From IMG/VR virus record IMGVR_UViG_3300042691_019380, positions 1 to 64,000 of that record: 64,000 nucleotides of DNA, one strand, 5' to 3'. Under the pieces are notes generated by a model. That model saw nothing but the letters and a program-made list of their open reading frames with translations, did no database searches and was not told the DNA's origin. The number at the start of each line of letters is the position of its first letter. Position 1 is the first letter of the stretch. The stretch is from a virus. This document shows, in pieces, positions 18,333 to 27,647 of the stretch. Both the position numbers and the translations under genes were made by a program.

Positions 18333-18937
18333 GGAGAAGTTCCAATCGCCCAGCAGTGACCAGGGTGAGCCGTCGCAGACGGGTGCCGAACCACCGTCAC
18401 AGTCTTGCCGAGAGACTCAAGTTCAGCCAGGACAGCCGGTAGCGTGTCGTGGCACTCGACCACGAACAGAGTCTCCGACCATCGGCCGTCGCGGCTGCAC
18501 GATGCAAGGATGTCGGCCTCTGCGCCCTCGACGTCGATCTTGACCATGTCGGCCCCGCCTGGGGCGATGCTGTCGAGGGTCTTGCACGCCACCACCCGCT
18601 GCTCGATGACTGGGGCTGGCTCGCACGCCCCCGCACCGATCGGGTGCGTCTCCAGAAGCGAGTTCTGGTCCGGGCTCGGCCTCACGTGGAGAGTCACGAA
18701 GCCGTCATTCTTCCAGGCCGCAGCCCACACAACAGTGACGTTGCCGAGCATCGCCACCCTGGCCGAAAGAGGGTTCCGCTCGTCGGGCTCTACGGCTATC
18801 ACGTCATCGAACGCGAACGCCATCTCTTCGGCCCAGTCACCTTTGTTGGCACCGATGTCCAGGGCCAGTTCTCTCTTCTTCAGCCTTGCGATGCCGTTGC
18901 CGACGACGTCAACGAGCCATGTTTCTTCGATTGGCAT
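18329..18937 (-). CDS. FkbM-family methyltransferase
   Basis: LDIGANKG, AVEP, TLD, KIDVEGAE. Confidence 0.9.
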   Translation of the reverse strand: MPIEETWLVDVVGNGIARLKKRELALDIGANKGDWAEEMAFAFDDVIAVEPDERNPLSARVAMLGNVTVVWAAAWKNDGFVTLHVRPSPDQNSLLETHPIGAGACEPAPVIEQRVVACKTLDSIAPGGADMVKIDVEGAEADILASCSRDGRWSETLFVVECHDTLPAVLAELESLGKTVTVVRHPSATAHPGHCWAIGTSP

Positions 18938-18941
18938 GCGG

Positions 18942-19283
18942 CTACACCCGAGAGTAAGAGACAGGCTCTGTCTCGCCGAACATATCGGCCGACGAGATTC
19001 GAGGAAACTCAAAACGGACGCGACGCTTTCCAATAAAACGACGCTCATGCTCTTCGTCTGTCCAGGCGTCGCGAATCTCCTTGGCTCGCTCGGCGATCTG
19101 CTCAGGAGTCGGGTCGTCTTTCCCTGGCTCGCTGTCGTCGTCGTCGTTCAAGATCATCTTGTATTCAAAGCCGAATCGCCTCGCTGCTGCGTATACGGCC
19201 TGAATGCCAACGGAGTGCTTGGCAGCGATCTCCTTGACGGTCATCGTCAGCCAGTCTTCGGCGAGTTGTTCTCTCGTGATCAT
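18942..19283 (-). CDS. HTH protein with PTPxQI..W.DEE.ERR motif
   Basis: TVKEIAAKHSVG...V...ARRFG; C-terminal motif shared with 15774-16175. Confidence 0.55.
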   Translation of the reverse strand: MITREQLAEDWLTMTVKEIAAKHSVGIQAVYAAARRFGFEYKMILNDDDDSEPGKDDPTPEQIAERAKEIRDAWTDEEHERRFIGKRRVRFEFPRISSADMFGETEPVSYSRV

Positions 19284-19372
19284 CTCTTTTTCTCCTTTGC
19301 GTCAGTCAAATGGCCCACCCCGCGAGGTCGGCCGATCCGAGGCTCGCGGGGCGGGACCACCGGAGGGGCTTG

Positions 19373-19783
19373 TTACGGAGCGAACTGCTGAACCCAGTAC
19401 GCTCGTCCGTCAGAACCGATGAACCCAGCCACGCCGATGCGGCGGTAGCCACGGTTCAGAATGTTGGCGCGATGCCCAGGCGAGGCGAGCCACACGACAA
19501 CGGCGTCCGTTGCCGTCGGCTGTCCGGTCGCCACGTTCTCGGCCACCTTGTCGTTGCTGTGATGGAGAGACCGTTCCCGAGCCATCCGCAGTGCGTGTCG
19601 CCTCGCTGACGACATGAGTCGGCAGTCGATGACAAGTTCCGGCGAGCCGTTCTTGACGCGAGCCTCGTTCGTCTTTGCGACGATCTGAGCCTCGCCAGCC
19701 GTCAGGGCTCCGCAGGATTCTTCGGCCAGAGCCGGAAACGAGACCAGGGCCAGGAGCAGGGCCGCTACGGTACGCATATCCAT
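19373..19783 (-). CDS. CAP/SCP-domain secreted protein
   Basis: Signal peptide; ENVA.G, W..SPGHRANIL, IGVA, YWVQQF. Confidence 0.9.
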   Translation of the reverse strand: MDMRTVAALLLALVSFPALAEESCGALTAGEAQIVAKTNEARVKNGSPELVIDCRLMSSARRHALRMARERSLHHSNDKVAENVATGQPTATDAVVVWLASPGHRANILNRGYRRIGVAGFIGSDGRAYWVQQFAP

Positions 19784-19797
19784 ACAAATACCTCGCG

Positions 19798-20205
19798 TTA
19801 CGAGTTCTCGATCCAGTCGTCGCCGCGACGCTCGTAGAGTCGAACGTCCCGACAGCCGACGCTGCGTGCGATCTCCACGCAGTACGGCGCGAACACGGCC
19901 AGCGGCAGATGCGGGTTGATCGAGCCGTCCGCAACGAGCATCGCTGCTGCGACGCGAGCCAGACCGCGACGACGATGCGAGTCGAGCGTGAACCCTTCCA
20001 GGGTCTGCTGCGATCGCCATTCGTGCGTTGCTGCCCAAGACACGATCCTCCATGACCCGTCCCGAACGATCGCGATCGGTGTCGCCGACCCGTGTCGGCT
20101 TTTCACTTCTCGCTGGAACTCGCTTCCGTGCTTCGTGAGACCCTCGACGATCGTCCGTGCGTCGAGGTCTGAGAGCCTTCCAACGGTGGTGGTTATCGCT
20201 TCCAT
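19798..20205 (-). CDS. GNAT-like acetyltransferase
   Basis: Acetyl-CoA motif A: FT..SHRRRGLA. Confidence 0.6.
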   Translation of the reverse strand: MEAITTTVGRLSDLDARTIVEGLTKHGSEFQREVKSRHGSATPIAIVRDGSWRIVSWAATHEWRSQQTLEGFTLDSHRRRGLARVAAAMLVADGSINPHLPLAVFAPYCVEIARSVGCRDVRLYERRGDDWIENS

Positions 20206-20228
20206 ACTTCTCCGTGTCAACAGGTTTT

Positions 20229-20498
20229 TCAGTGAGTGACAATGAAGATCGGCAAGTTCTCGCCCGGTGAGTCTGGCACGACATGCAGGCTGAGATAGTC
20301 CACCGCCTGGGAGTGCGTCATGGACTTCTCTCGCATGACGATGTCGATGCAAGTCTCGTAGTCATAAACAGCCACCGGGCGGCCATGCACAGAGTGGCCG
20401 ATGTATGCCTCGGACATTCCCTTCGCCACCATGGCCTTCGGGTTCATGGCGGCCAAGACTTCGTACACGCTACCTTCCGGCTTTCTGGCGGCGATCAT
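20229..20498 (-). CDS. Conserved phage hypothetical protein (paralogue of 23390-23653)
   Basis: G..EA.IG....VAVY....C...MTH..A.. Confidence 0.65.
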   Translation of the reverse strand: MIAARKPEGSVYEVLAAMNPKAMVAKGMSEAYIGHSVHGRPVAVYDYETCIDIVMREKSMTHSQAVDYLSLHVVPDSPGENLPIFIVTH

Positions 20499-20593
20499 CG
20501 TCTCTCCGTTTTGCTACGAGGACTTTCTTCCACTTTCCGTCCACGAGAACCAACTCGTAGACGTACCGAACCGCTGGCTTTTCGGGCCAGTTC

Positions 20594-20887
20594 TTACGGG
20601 AGGTTATGCACCCCATTTAGCACCTTCATGGCTTCCTCTCGACTCGTGACCACTTCGGCAACGGCGCCGCCCTGGTCGCGAATCTCTCTCATCACTTGCT
20701 GCTGGAGCGGCGTCGGCTTCTTTCCAGGCTGTTTGACTTCCAGAAAAGCAGCCCGACCGTTCTTGATGCACAGCAAGTCTGGAACTCCAGCCCGCTGAAA
20801 CGCGCCGCCAGCGATCTTGAACGTCCACCAGCCGTCTAATTTTGCAGACTTGACGATGGACTTGGTGATCGAAGTCTCAAGAGGCAT
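20594..20887 (-). CDS. VRR-NUC nuclease
   Basis: GVPDL...FLEVK.PG...TPLQ. Confidence 0.9.
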   Translation of the reverse strand: MPLETSITKSIVKSAKLDGWWTFKIAGGAFQRAGVPDLLCIKNGRAAFLEVKQPGKKPTPLQQQVMREIRDQGGAVAEVVTSREEAMKVLNGVHNLP

Positions 20888-21503
20888 TAATAACAGCCTC
20901 CGCTACTTTCTTGAGGCAGCGAGTGAACGTCGCCTCGTCTGAGTCACCTTTCGCGGCGTTCAGCATCCACAGGATGATGCGAGTGTTGTCGGGATCGTAT
21001 CCGCGACTTGAGTCGATTCGGTCTGGGGACGGCTTAAACAGGTGCCGCCTCTCGTTGCCGAGGTGAAACTCAAGCCCTGTGAGTTCGCACCGTCCGGCCT
21101 CGATCTTTTCCCTGATCCAGTCGAGGGTTAGCGAGAATGAAACTCCTCTCTCTGCCGCCCGACGCTTTGTTTGGTCGCACAATCGCGATGCGATGTATCC
21201 AGAAGTCCCGGCTCGCGAGGCGCGGTTCTCTACTATCCGTCTCTTGTGGCACCACTTGCAAACGTGGTAGACGAAAGTTCCTTCTGGCCGCTTGTTCCTG
21301 TAGAAGGCCGACGTCGGAAGGTGCAGTCCGCACTTTCGGCACAGCCTCGGAGACTCGACCTCAATCAAGCCCCTGTGTTCAGGAAGTATCAGTTGTGCGA
21401 TGTCTCGCACTCGTGGAGTCTCTCGCGGGTGTCCCCTCCGCGAATGGTCTGCGGCTACGTTCCGATTCTGTACTCCGGAGCCACTCTCTGATTGTCCGCC
21501 CAA
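20877..21503 (-). CDS. His-Me finger (HNH-like) free-standing endonuclease; start uncertain
   Basis: CxxC...F...CKxC; C.LTG; SPDRID...GY...N......N..K. Confidence 0.7.
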   Translation of the reverse strand: MGGQSESGSGVQNRNVAADHSRRGHPRETPRVRDIAQLILPEHRGLIEVESPRLCRKCGLHLPTSAFYRNKRPEGTFVYHVCKWCHKRRIVENRASRAGTSGYIASRLCDQTKRRAAERGVSFSLTLDWIREKIEAGRCELTGLEFHLGNERRHLFKPSPDRIDSSRGYDPDNTRIILWMLNAAKGDSDEATFTRCLKKVAEAVINAS

Positions 21504-21973
21504 GGCCTATTCAGGCTGTCGATCTCAACGTACTTCTCGCTCTGATATGTCCCGACAAGAGACGCGATCACGTCGTCGGCCGAGATGAATCCGAGAATCT
21601 CGACCGTCCGATACTCGTTGTCGGCCGTGCGAGCAGCCCAGACGATCTTGCCCTTGTCCTTCGCGCGGACCTTCACGGCGTTGCCAGTGCGAACACGGCG
21701 GACTTCAATGTCATCGCCGACGTCGGCGAGGTGCTTGTACTTGCCGTGATCGCTTCGATGCCACACGCCAGCGTGCCAGTACTTGCCCGTGTGCTTCGCC
21801 ACGGCGAGTTCGCAGATCGCAGCCGCGACCTGGGCATTGCGGTCTTCTTCCATGCGACTGCGGTCGTAGTACTCGGCGTCAGGGACGCCCCAGTTTGCCG
21901 TAAAGCGGCCAGCGCCGACGGCGAATGCCCGCTCGTATTCCCACGGCATGATGGTGATGATTGGGCTGCTCAT
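21455..21973 (-). CDS. Conserved phage hypothetical protein (possible PD-(D/E)XK fold)
   Basis: E.AVAK...W...DVG..IEVR. Confidence 0.5.
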   Translation of the reverse strand: MSSPIITIMPWEYERAFAVGAGRFTANWGVPDAEYYDRSRMEEDRNAQVAAAICELAVAKHTGKYWHAGVWHRSDHGKYKHLADVGDDIEVRRVRTGNAVKVRAKDKGKIVWAARTADNEYRTVEILGFISADDVIASLVGTYQSEKYVEIDSLNRPWADNQRVAPEYRIGT

Positions 21974-22464
21974 GGAATCCCCGGAAGCGAGTTCTTTATT
22001 TGCGAGACGCTTCTCATTGCTTTCAGCAAGCATCCCACGGCCTTTGACGGACAGCGACCGTCGAGCCGTTCGCGAATGTCGCCAAGGATTTCGAGAATCT
22101 CGTCGACCTGCTCAGCGCAGATCAGCGCGTCGCTGATTGGGAGCAAGTCCTCCTTTCTGATTCTTCCAGAAGGCATATTCAGAAGTTCGCAGCCTTGAGA
22201 GGCCCGCTCTCTGATCCAGTGCAACTCGCGCGCTCGTAGCAAGTCTCTTGGGATGCCAGTTTCGATCAATCGGACTTCGTGTTTCAGGCCAGCCTCTTGG
22301 AAGAGTTCTGTTTTCCAAAGTTCAAGTTCACGATTTTGATAGCCCCACGTCATGTGCTGCCGCTTTCGTCTCTCGAAGTTCAGCGTGCATCCGACATAGC
22401 GGCTCTGACCATTTCTTGGGTCTATGAGTTCATAAACATCACCAGTTCCGTCTTTTTTGCTCAC
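21970..22464 (-). CDS. GIY-YIG endonuclease
   Basis: VY.L.DPR....YVG.T.N...R..QH...E..WI. Confidence 0.8.
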   Translation of the reverse strand: MSKKDGTGDVYELIDPRNGQSRYVGCTLNFERRKRQHMTWGYQNRELELWKTELFQEAGLKHEVRLIETGIPRDLLRARELHWIRERASQGCELLNMPSGRIRKEDLLPISDALICAEQVDEILEILGDIRERLDGRCPSKAVGCLLKAMRSVSQIKNSLPGIP

Positions 22465-23393
22465 GATCGTCCCTCCACGATCCTCTTCTCGGCCAACTCG
22501 ACATACTCCGCATTCAATTCGATTCCCAGGCCCGTACGGCCGAGAGACTTAGCCACGACCAGCGTCGTGCCGCTGCCAGCAAACGGATCAAGCACGACGC
22601 ACGGATGCACGCTTGCATCGCACGAGCAGGGTGACTTCCAGCCGACAGTCTTGGTCTCGACGCCAGCCACCGTGTTGGCACACGAGTTTCCTGTGCCCTT
22701 CGAGCCCGTCCGCTTCACGTACTGATTGGGCCGCTTGCGGGTGATCTTCCGCTTCTCGATCTGCCGCTCGTACGGAGCGCCGCACGAAGCGCAGGCACCG
22801 TACTCGCTCGTGCCTGCCTTGATGCACAGTTCCGCAAGCGTCGTGGGCATGGTGGCAAAGTGGGCCCCGGCGTACGGCGTCGACGCGATCCTCCAGACGC
22901 TCCGTCGATTCTTGCCAGTCGGAGACGAGTCGGACTCTTCTTTGATCGCCTCAGCGTCGTAGAAGTAGTCGCGAGACTTGGTGAACATGAACACGTACTC
23001 GTGCGACCGCGTGCAGCGGTCGGAGACGCTCTCTGGCATCGGGCTTGGCTTGGCCCACACGATGTCTTGACGAAGCAGCCAACCGTCTTGCTGAAGACAG
23101 CGCGCGATCATCCACGGAAGACCGGCGAGTTCGCCTTCTAGATACACGTCGCCGAGATTCAACCACAGCGTTCCGTCGTCTCGAAGCACTCGCTTGACCT
23201 CGTGAAACACTGACACGAGGTCAGCGATGTACTCGCCGCCCTTGAGGCCGATCTCCTGCTGCTTGAGCGGATCAGAATCACTCAGGTACGAACGCTGGGC
23301 GTAGTACGGAGGGCTCGTCAGCACGCAGTGGACGCTTGACGCCTGGAGGCCTCGGAGGGCTGTCGCGGCGTCGCCGTGGATCAGGCTTGTCAC
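22461..23393 (-). CDS. DNA methyltransferase (beta class, N4-C/N6-A)
   Basis: TSPPY before VLDPFAGSGTT; HFAT.P; Zn-ribbon-like insert. Confidence 0.93.
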   Translation of the reverse strand: MTSLIHGDAATALRGLQASSVHCVLTSPPYYAQRSYLSDSDPLKQQEIGLKGGEYIADLVSVFHEVKRVLRDDGTLWLNLGDVYLEGELAGLPWMIARCLQQDGWLLRQDIVWAKPSPMPESVSDRCTRSHEYVFMFTKSRDYFYDAEAIKEESDSSPTGKNRRSVWRIASTPYAGAHFATMPTTLAELCIKAGTSEYGACASCGAPYERQIEKRKITRKRPNQYVKRTGSKGTGNSCANTVAGVETKTVGWKSPCSCDASVHPCVVLDPFAGSGTTLVVAKSLGRTGLGIELNAEYVELAEKRIVEGRS

Positions 23394-23653
23394 CGTGTCC
23401 TCACATACAGCGGCCCGTCTTTTCCCACGTACGCACAGTACGTGTTGTGTTCCAGAAACTCGTCGGCCTCGTCGTGAGTCATGCCGTCGCGACGCACCAG
23501 AACCTCGACGCACTTCTGAGCCGAGTAGACGGCGACATGCCGCGAGTGCGTGTTGATCGTGTAGCCGATCAGGGCCTCGTCGAGGCCGTCGGCGAGCAGG
23601 GCATCGGGGTTCGCTGCCCGCAGTTCGTCGATGATCGTGTCGATGTCGTCCAT
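23390..23653 (-). CDS. Conserved phage hypothetical protein
   Basis: DGLDEALIG...AVY...M...EA.EF...N...AYVG..GP. Confidence 0.7.
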   Translation of the reverse strand: MDDIDTIIDELRAANPDALLADGLDEALIGYTINTHSRHVAVYSAQKCVEVLVRRDGMTHDEADEFLEHNTYCAYVGKDGPLYVRTR

Positions 23654-23674
23654 GACAGTTACTCAGAGAAAGAA

Positions 23675-23707
23675 CCGCGAGGGGCGCTTCAGCGTCGCCC
23701 CTCGCGG
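23675..23707 (-). terminator. Intrinsic terminator or attenuator-like hairpin
   Basis: CCGCGAGGGGCG/CGCCCCTCGCGG 12-bp stem followed on the minus strand by TTCTTTCT. Confidence 0.65.
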
Positions 23708-23730
23708 CGAGCCATCCATGACGAGGCAGT

Positions 23731-23768
23731 AGCGTATCCGTACAACGAGATCAGTCAATCCCCTTTTT
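23731..23768 (-). promoter_or_regulatory. Putative class-II promoter TTGACT-N16-TACGCT overlapped by the operator-like motif
   Basis: -35 at 23753-23758, -10 at 23731-23736; A-tract upstream. Confidence 0.6.
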
Positions 23769-24236
23769 CGACAGCCATGCAGCCGCCGCCTCGGCAACGA
23801 CCGTTCGCTTCGCCATCTTCACAAGATCGCGAACGTACCACTCGTTGCCAGAGTTCCAGACTTCATCGAATGTCTTGCCAGCGAACCGACCCTCGCGAAG
23901 AACAAACTCCTTCGCGGACTTGTCAGCCTCGTCGAGCAGGCCCGGTATCGGATCAATGAGCCATGACGTCATGCACCACCAGCCGCACATGACTCGCCAC
24001 TTGGTCTCGCCCTTGGTCTTTACTATGTCCACGAGGTCAACGATCGGAAGTCCGCAAGTCTCGCACGAGACATGACCCTCGATGGACGCCAAGTACCCGA
24101 CCGGCTGCTCGGGCGGCGGCTCCCAGGCACGGGGCTGCGAAGACTCTGCGGCCTGCTTCTTACGGCTGGGTTTCTTCTTCTTGCCGTCCTCGTCCTGAAC
24201 GGGAGCGATCTCGAACAGGAGGTCATTTTTCGCCAT
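23751..24236 (-). CDS. Zn-ribbon protein with a GRFAGKTF.EV module
   Basis: CETC...CGWWC; FVLREGRFAGKTFDEV. Confidence 0.55.
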   Translation of the reverse strand: MAKNDLLFEIAPVQDEDGKKKKPSRKKQAAESSQPRAWEPPPEQPVGYLASIEGHVSCETCGLPIVDLVDIVKTKGETKWRVMCGWWCMTSWLIDPIPGLLDEADKSAKEFVLREGRFAGKTFDEVWNSGNEWYVRDLVKMAKRTVVAEAAAAWLSKKGID

Positions 24237-24975
24237 TGATTGCCCCTTCGATCCACTCTCGGTACTCGCTGATTCGCGTGTGAGCGGACTCTTCGCCTCG
24301 CCTCGCCATCGGGCTTCTTCCGGCAACCATCAGGAACGAGTTGATTCCTGCCAGTTCGTTCCCCAGGAACAAGCCGCCGCCTGAGTCTCCGGAGGCGATC
24401 AAGAACTCCAGTTCCGTTTTCCGATGCGAGTCCACCGAGCAGATAAGCAAACCTCGCTCTGCTCGGTCGACGACGTTGCTGCCTGCTCGCTTCTGACCGT
24501 CGTAGATCACTCCGCCCGTGTCAAACGTGCCTGTGAGGCCGTATCCAGAGATGCTGGCAACTTGCCCAGGCTCGTCTTTTAAGGCATGAAGCGGCGGGTA
24601 GAAATCCAGCGAGAACGGACGCTTCGCTTTGCAGACTGCCAAGTCCACTGACTTCTCGTTGGCGAAGTCAGGGTGAGTCGCAACAGACTCGATGTCGTGC
24701 CTCTCGCCGTTGTCGCACAGGACGAAATGCTCCTCGCAGCCGTCGACGACATGGGCGGCTGTCACGACACACCTCGGCGAGACAATTACGCAACTCGCCG
24801 ACTGCTCGACGCCTGTCTTGGCGTTGCGGCAGACGATTCTGGCGACGCACTTGAACTTGTCGCCGTACTCGCGGTGCTTGGCGTCGTCTTTGCGAGGGTC
24901 GATCGTGCCAGCAAGGGCCACGATGGCAATCGCGATAAACGGCACGGCAGCCAGCCCTCGGCGTGGATGACTCAT
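24223..24975 (-). CDS. Secreted trypsin-like serine protease
   Basis: Signal peptide; TAAH, DLAV, GDSGG. Confidence 0.9.
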   Translation of the reverse strand: MSHPRRGLAAVPFIAIAIVALAGTIDPRKDDAKHREYGDKFKCVARIVCRNAKTGVEQSASCVIVSPRCVVTAAHVVDGCEEHFVLCDNGERHDIESVATHPDFANEKSVDLAVCKAKRPFSLDFYPPLHALKDEPGQVASISGYGLTGTFDTGGVIYDGQKRAGSNVVDRAERGLLICSVDSHRKTELEFLIASGDSGGGLFLGNELAGINSFLMVAGRSPMARRGEESAHTRISEYREWIEGAINGEK

Positions 24976-27485
24976 AGCGGCAACTCCATTCGGTGGCGAT
25001 ACCCGTCGTCGACGAGCATGAAGTCCTGCTTGGCCCTCGTGACCGCCACGTAGGCGACCCGGCACTCTTCGTCGTGCAGTTCCGGCAGGGCATTTCTCGC
25101 CCTCTCGACGCTCGGACTCGTGATCGACGACAAGATCACCGTGTCGGCTTCGAGGCCCTTGGCTCCGTGGATCGTCGAAAGACGGATCGGCGGGTTCGTT
25201 GCGATCTCTTCGCCGTAGCGAGTTGCCGTATCCAGCCAAAGCCGGGCACGGTCTGCTGCCTTGGCCTCGATCGCCAGATGCCAGCGACCTTCGGCAATGA
25301 GACCAGCCAGGGCTGGGGTCACGCCGATGAGTTCGTAGTCCTCCGCCACGGGGCGAATGAGGTCAACGTGCGACATCTTTCCAGACTTCCATGCCGTCTT
25401 TGTTCCCCGAACGAGCAGTTCTCCGAAATCTCCGCTCTTCACGGCGATCGCCTGGACAGCGTTTGCCCAGTCGTCGCCGGAGATCGTGCGGCCGTTCTGA
25501 AGGCCCCACAGGGCTGCGTATCCAGACAACGTAGACGAGCCGGACGTCTTGTCGATCCAGAGGTACGGAAGATTTTTGGCCTTCAAGATCAACTCGTACT
25601 CTTCGAGAGCGAACGCGCATCGGCCCAGGATAAGAGCCGAAGTGTTGGCAGACAGACGAGAGAGTGCCTCTTCGGCACTCCCCACGCGAGACACGGTTCC
25701 GTCGTGGCCTGCGTGCTGGATTTTGCGATCCCGATATCCCTTCGTCATCTGACGCAGGCAAGCCTCGCCGAGATCAAGCACTCGTCGCGGGCAACGGTAA
25801 CTCCGCTGCATCGTCGACTCTTGTGCCTCCCAGGACATGAAGTGCGTGTAGTCCCCACCCGCGAAACTGTGGATCGAGTTTCCAGTCACCACGCCGCCTT
25901 GGGTGACGTACGTGTGGTTCTGATGGACGTTCATGCTCCAAACTCGCGTTGCCTTGCCTGGGGGCAGTCTCCTGCACGAGACGATATCGACCCACTCGCA
26001 CTTCTTTTTCTCGCCCATCTTGGGCACGCGATGGATGCCGGGAATCAAGTTCGCGGCGTGAATGAGCCTGCTCGCCATTGGCCCATTCTTGCATCGGTCG
26101 GCCTTTCGGCACATTGGATGCTCGGGCGACAGGCAGTGCCCACGAAGACACTCTAATCCGTTTTTCGTCAGGTCTCCGAGCGAGTTGAAAACTTGCTCGA
26201 TGTACCCCTCGTCGAGGTTTGTCCTGACTCCGCACGGCGGACGAAACGTGACCTGCGGAATCCCGTATCGGCACGAGACGATTTGCTCGTAGCAACGAGC
26301 GTCGCGGTCAGTGTCGAAAATCTTGAGAATCCACGCCGCGCCGGCCGCCTCTTGGTTCATCCGCATCTTGAGGCGGAACGATCCGTTCTTTTCGCTTGGT
26401 TTGCCAGCAAAGACCTGAACAGTCCCGACCCTCCACCGGCTGCCTTTCGCCATGAGGTACGTGGCGTAAGTGCCCTTTCGGCCTCGGGTGCGGGCCACCC
26501 ACTTGTGGTTGTCCGTGCAGACGTGCTTCGTCCCGTCCGCAAGCGTGATCTCAATGAGGCTTGATGAATCGACTTCCCTGCTGGCAATCTCAAACTCAGA
26601 GCCGCTGCCGGGAAAGCGACTCTCCCTTCTGTTAAACGTGACGAGCCTGTCCACTGCTGGGTCGAGGTCTTCGATGTTCTTGTACCCAGACAACGTCAGG
26701 ACAGGAGTACCGGCTGGCTGGCACTGGTACGGGTCACCACAAATCCAGATTCGCTCGATGGTCGGACTGGCAGCGAGTCTCTTGCAGACCATGTCGACGA
26801 GAGTCGACGAGTCTTGAGCCTCGTCGATCGCCAAGACTCGGAGACCCTCTGGGACTTCCCCCTCGGGCTCGACCCTGTACGGCCCGTCGACGGTGTATCG
26901 GACACCGGCGAACTTGGCGATCACGTCCGTGAAGTCCAGCCTTCCCTGGGCTCGCTTGGCTTTCTCGTACTTCTCGATCGTGCGGCGGGCTTCGGAGATG
27001 GACGGCGTCTGCTCGCCGCACAGTTCCCATCGACTCAGGATCGCTGCGACGCTCGTCATCTTGCTCCGGGCGAGTTCCCAGGCTTTGAGGGCCTGCGGGA
27101 TCGACTGGTCGCCTCCCTCGCCAGCGATGTACTGCCGCTCGCCTCGGCCGTCGATGCGGGTGCTGATCACGCCGCCGACGGAATCCGAGACGAACTTGTC
27201 GCCGTCCTTGCCCTGGATCAACTGGCCCTCCTCGACGCCTGCCTGCTTGTAGGCGATCGCGTGCGCCGTCTTGAACCAACCGTGTCCAGTCAGGGCGTCG
27301 ACGTCGACGCCCCACTCTCCAGCGGCCCGCCCAGCGATCTCGGCCCTTCCCGCCCGTGTAAACGTGCAGAAGCCGATCTCGTGGACGCCCAGGCCCAGTT
27401 CTCGCCGGGCCGCAGACAGCCTGTCGAGAATCAGCCTTGTCTTTCCTGTGCCAGCCCCGCCAATCGCCCGTTCTACGTATGCCAT
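24972..27485 (-). CDS. UvrD/SF1-like helicase containing an intein
   Basis: GGAGTGKT, TFTR, DEAQD, GDPYQ|SIHSF, SYRCP, TIHGAKGLE, YVAVTRA. Confidence 0.92.
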   Translation of the reverse strand: MAYVERAIGGAGTGKTRLILDRLSAARRELGLGVHEIGFCTFTRAGRAEIAGRAAGEWGVDVDALTGHGWFKTAHAIAYKQAGVEEGQLIQGKDGDKFVSDSVGGVISTRIDGRGERQYIAGEGGDQSIPQALKAWELARSKMTSVAAILSRWELCGEQTPSISEARRTIEKYEKAKRAQGRLDFTDVIAKFAGVRYTVDGPYRVEPEGEVPEGLRVLAIDEAQDSSTLVDMVCKRLAASPTIERIWICGDPYQCQPAGTPVLTLSGYKNIEDLDPAVDRLVTFNRRESRFPGSGSEFEIASREVDSSSLIEITLADGTKHVCTDNHKWVARTRGRKGTYATYLMAKGSRWRVGTVQVFAGKPSEKNGSFRLKMRMNQEAAGAAWILKIFDTDRDARCYEQIVSCRYGIPQVTFRPPCGVRTNLDEGYIEQVFNSLGDLTKNGLECLRGHCLSPEHPMCRKADRCKNGPMASRLIHAANLIPGIHRVPKMGEKKKCEWVDIVSCRRLPPGKATRVWSMNVHQNHTYVTQGGVVTGNSIHSFAGGDYTHFMSWEAQESTMQRSYRCPRRVLDLGEACLRQMTKGYRDRKIQHAGHDGTVSRVGSAEEALSRLSANTSALILGRCAFALEEYELILKAKNLPYLWIDKTSGSSTLSGYAALWGLQNGRTISGDDWANAVQAIAVKSGDFGELLVRGTKTAWKSGKMSHVDLIRPVAEDYELIGVTPALAGLIAEGRWHLAIEAKAADRARLWLDTATRYGEEIATNPPIRLSTIHGAKGLEADTVILSSITSPSVERARNALPELHDEECRVAYVAVTRAKQDFMLVDDGYRHRMELPL
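25878..26723 (-). mobile_element. Intein (282 aa) in helicase motif III
   Basis: Starts CQPAGTPV, block B CTDNHKW, ends HTYV..GVVTGN followed by Ser; splits GDPYQ/SIHSF. Confidence 0.92.
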
Positions 27486-27508
27486 CTGCCTTCCCCTCCT
27501 TGGTTTTA

Positions 27509-27647
27509 GACCTGAGACCTGAAAAATCTCTCTCAAGTCTCTCTATAAGTAGAAATCTAAACCCTTATCAAATAACGACTTACTCCCGTTTCTGACTTGT
27601 AGACTTGTGTTTTTTAATTTGAAGTACTTATTTTTTTTCCTATATAG
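27509..27647. repeat. AT-rich origin-like element, copy B
   Basis: Lies between Prim-Pol and helicase; homologous to 233-368; contains GACTTG/CAAGTC hexamers. Confidence 0.75.

Noticed and set aside
21970-23393. Restriction-modification pair (methyltransferase plus GIY-YIG)
   Set aside because: The GIY-YIG looks like a free-standing homing-type nuclease and the methyltransferase like a typical solitary phage enzyme; no evidence of cognate specificity
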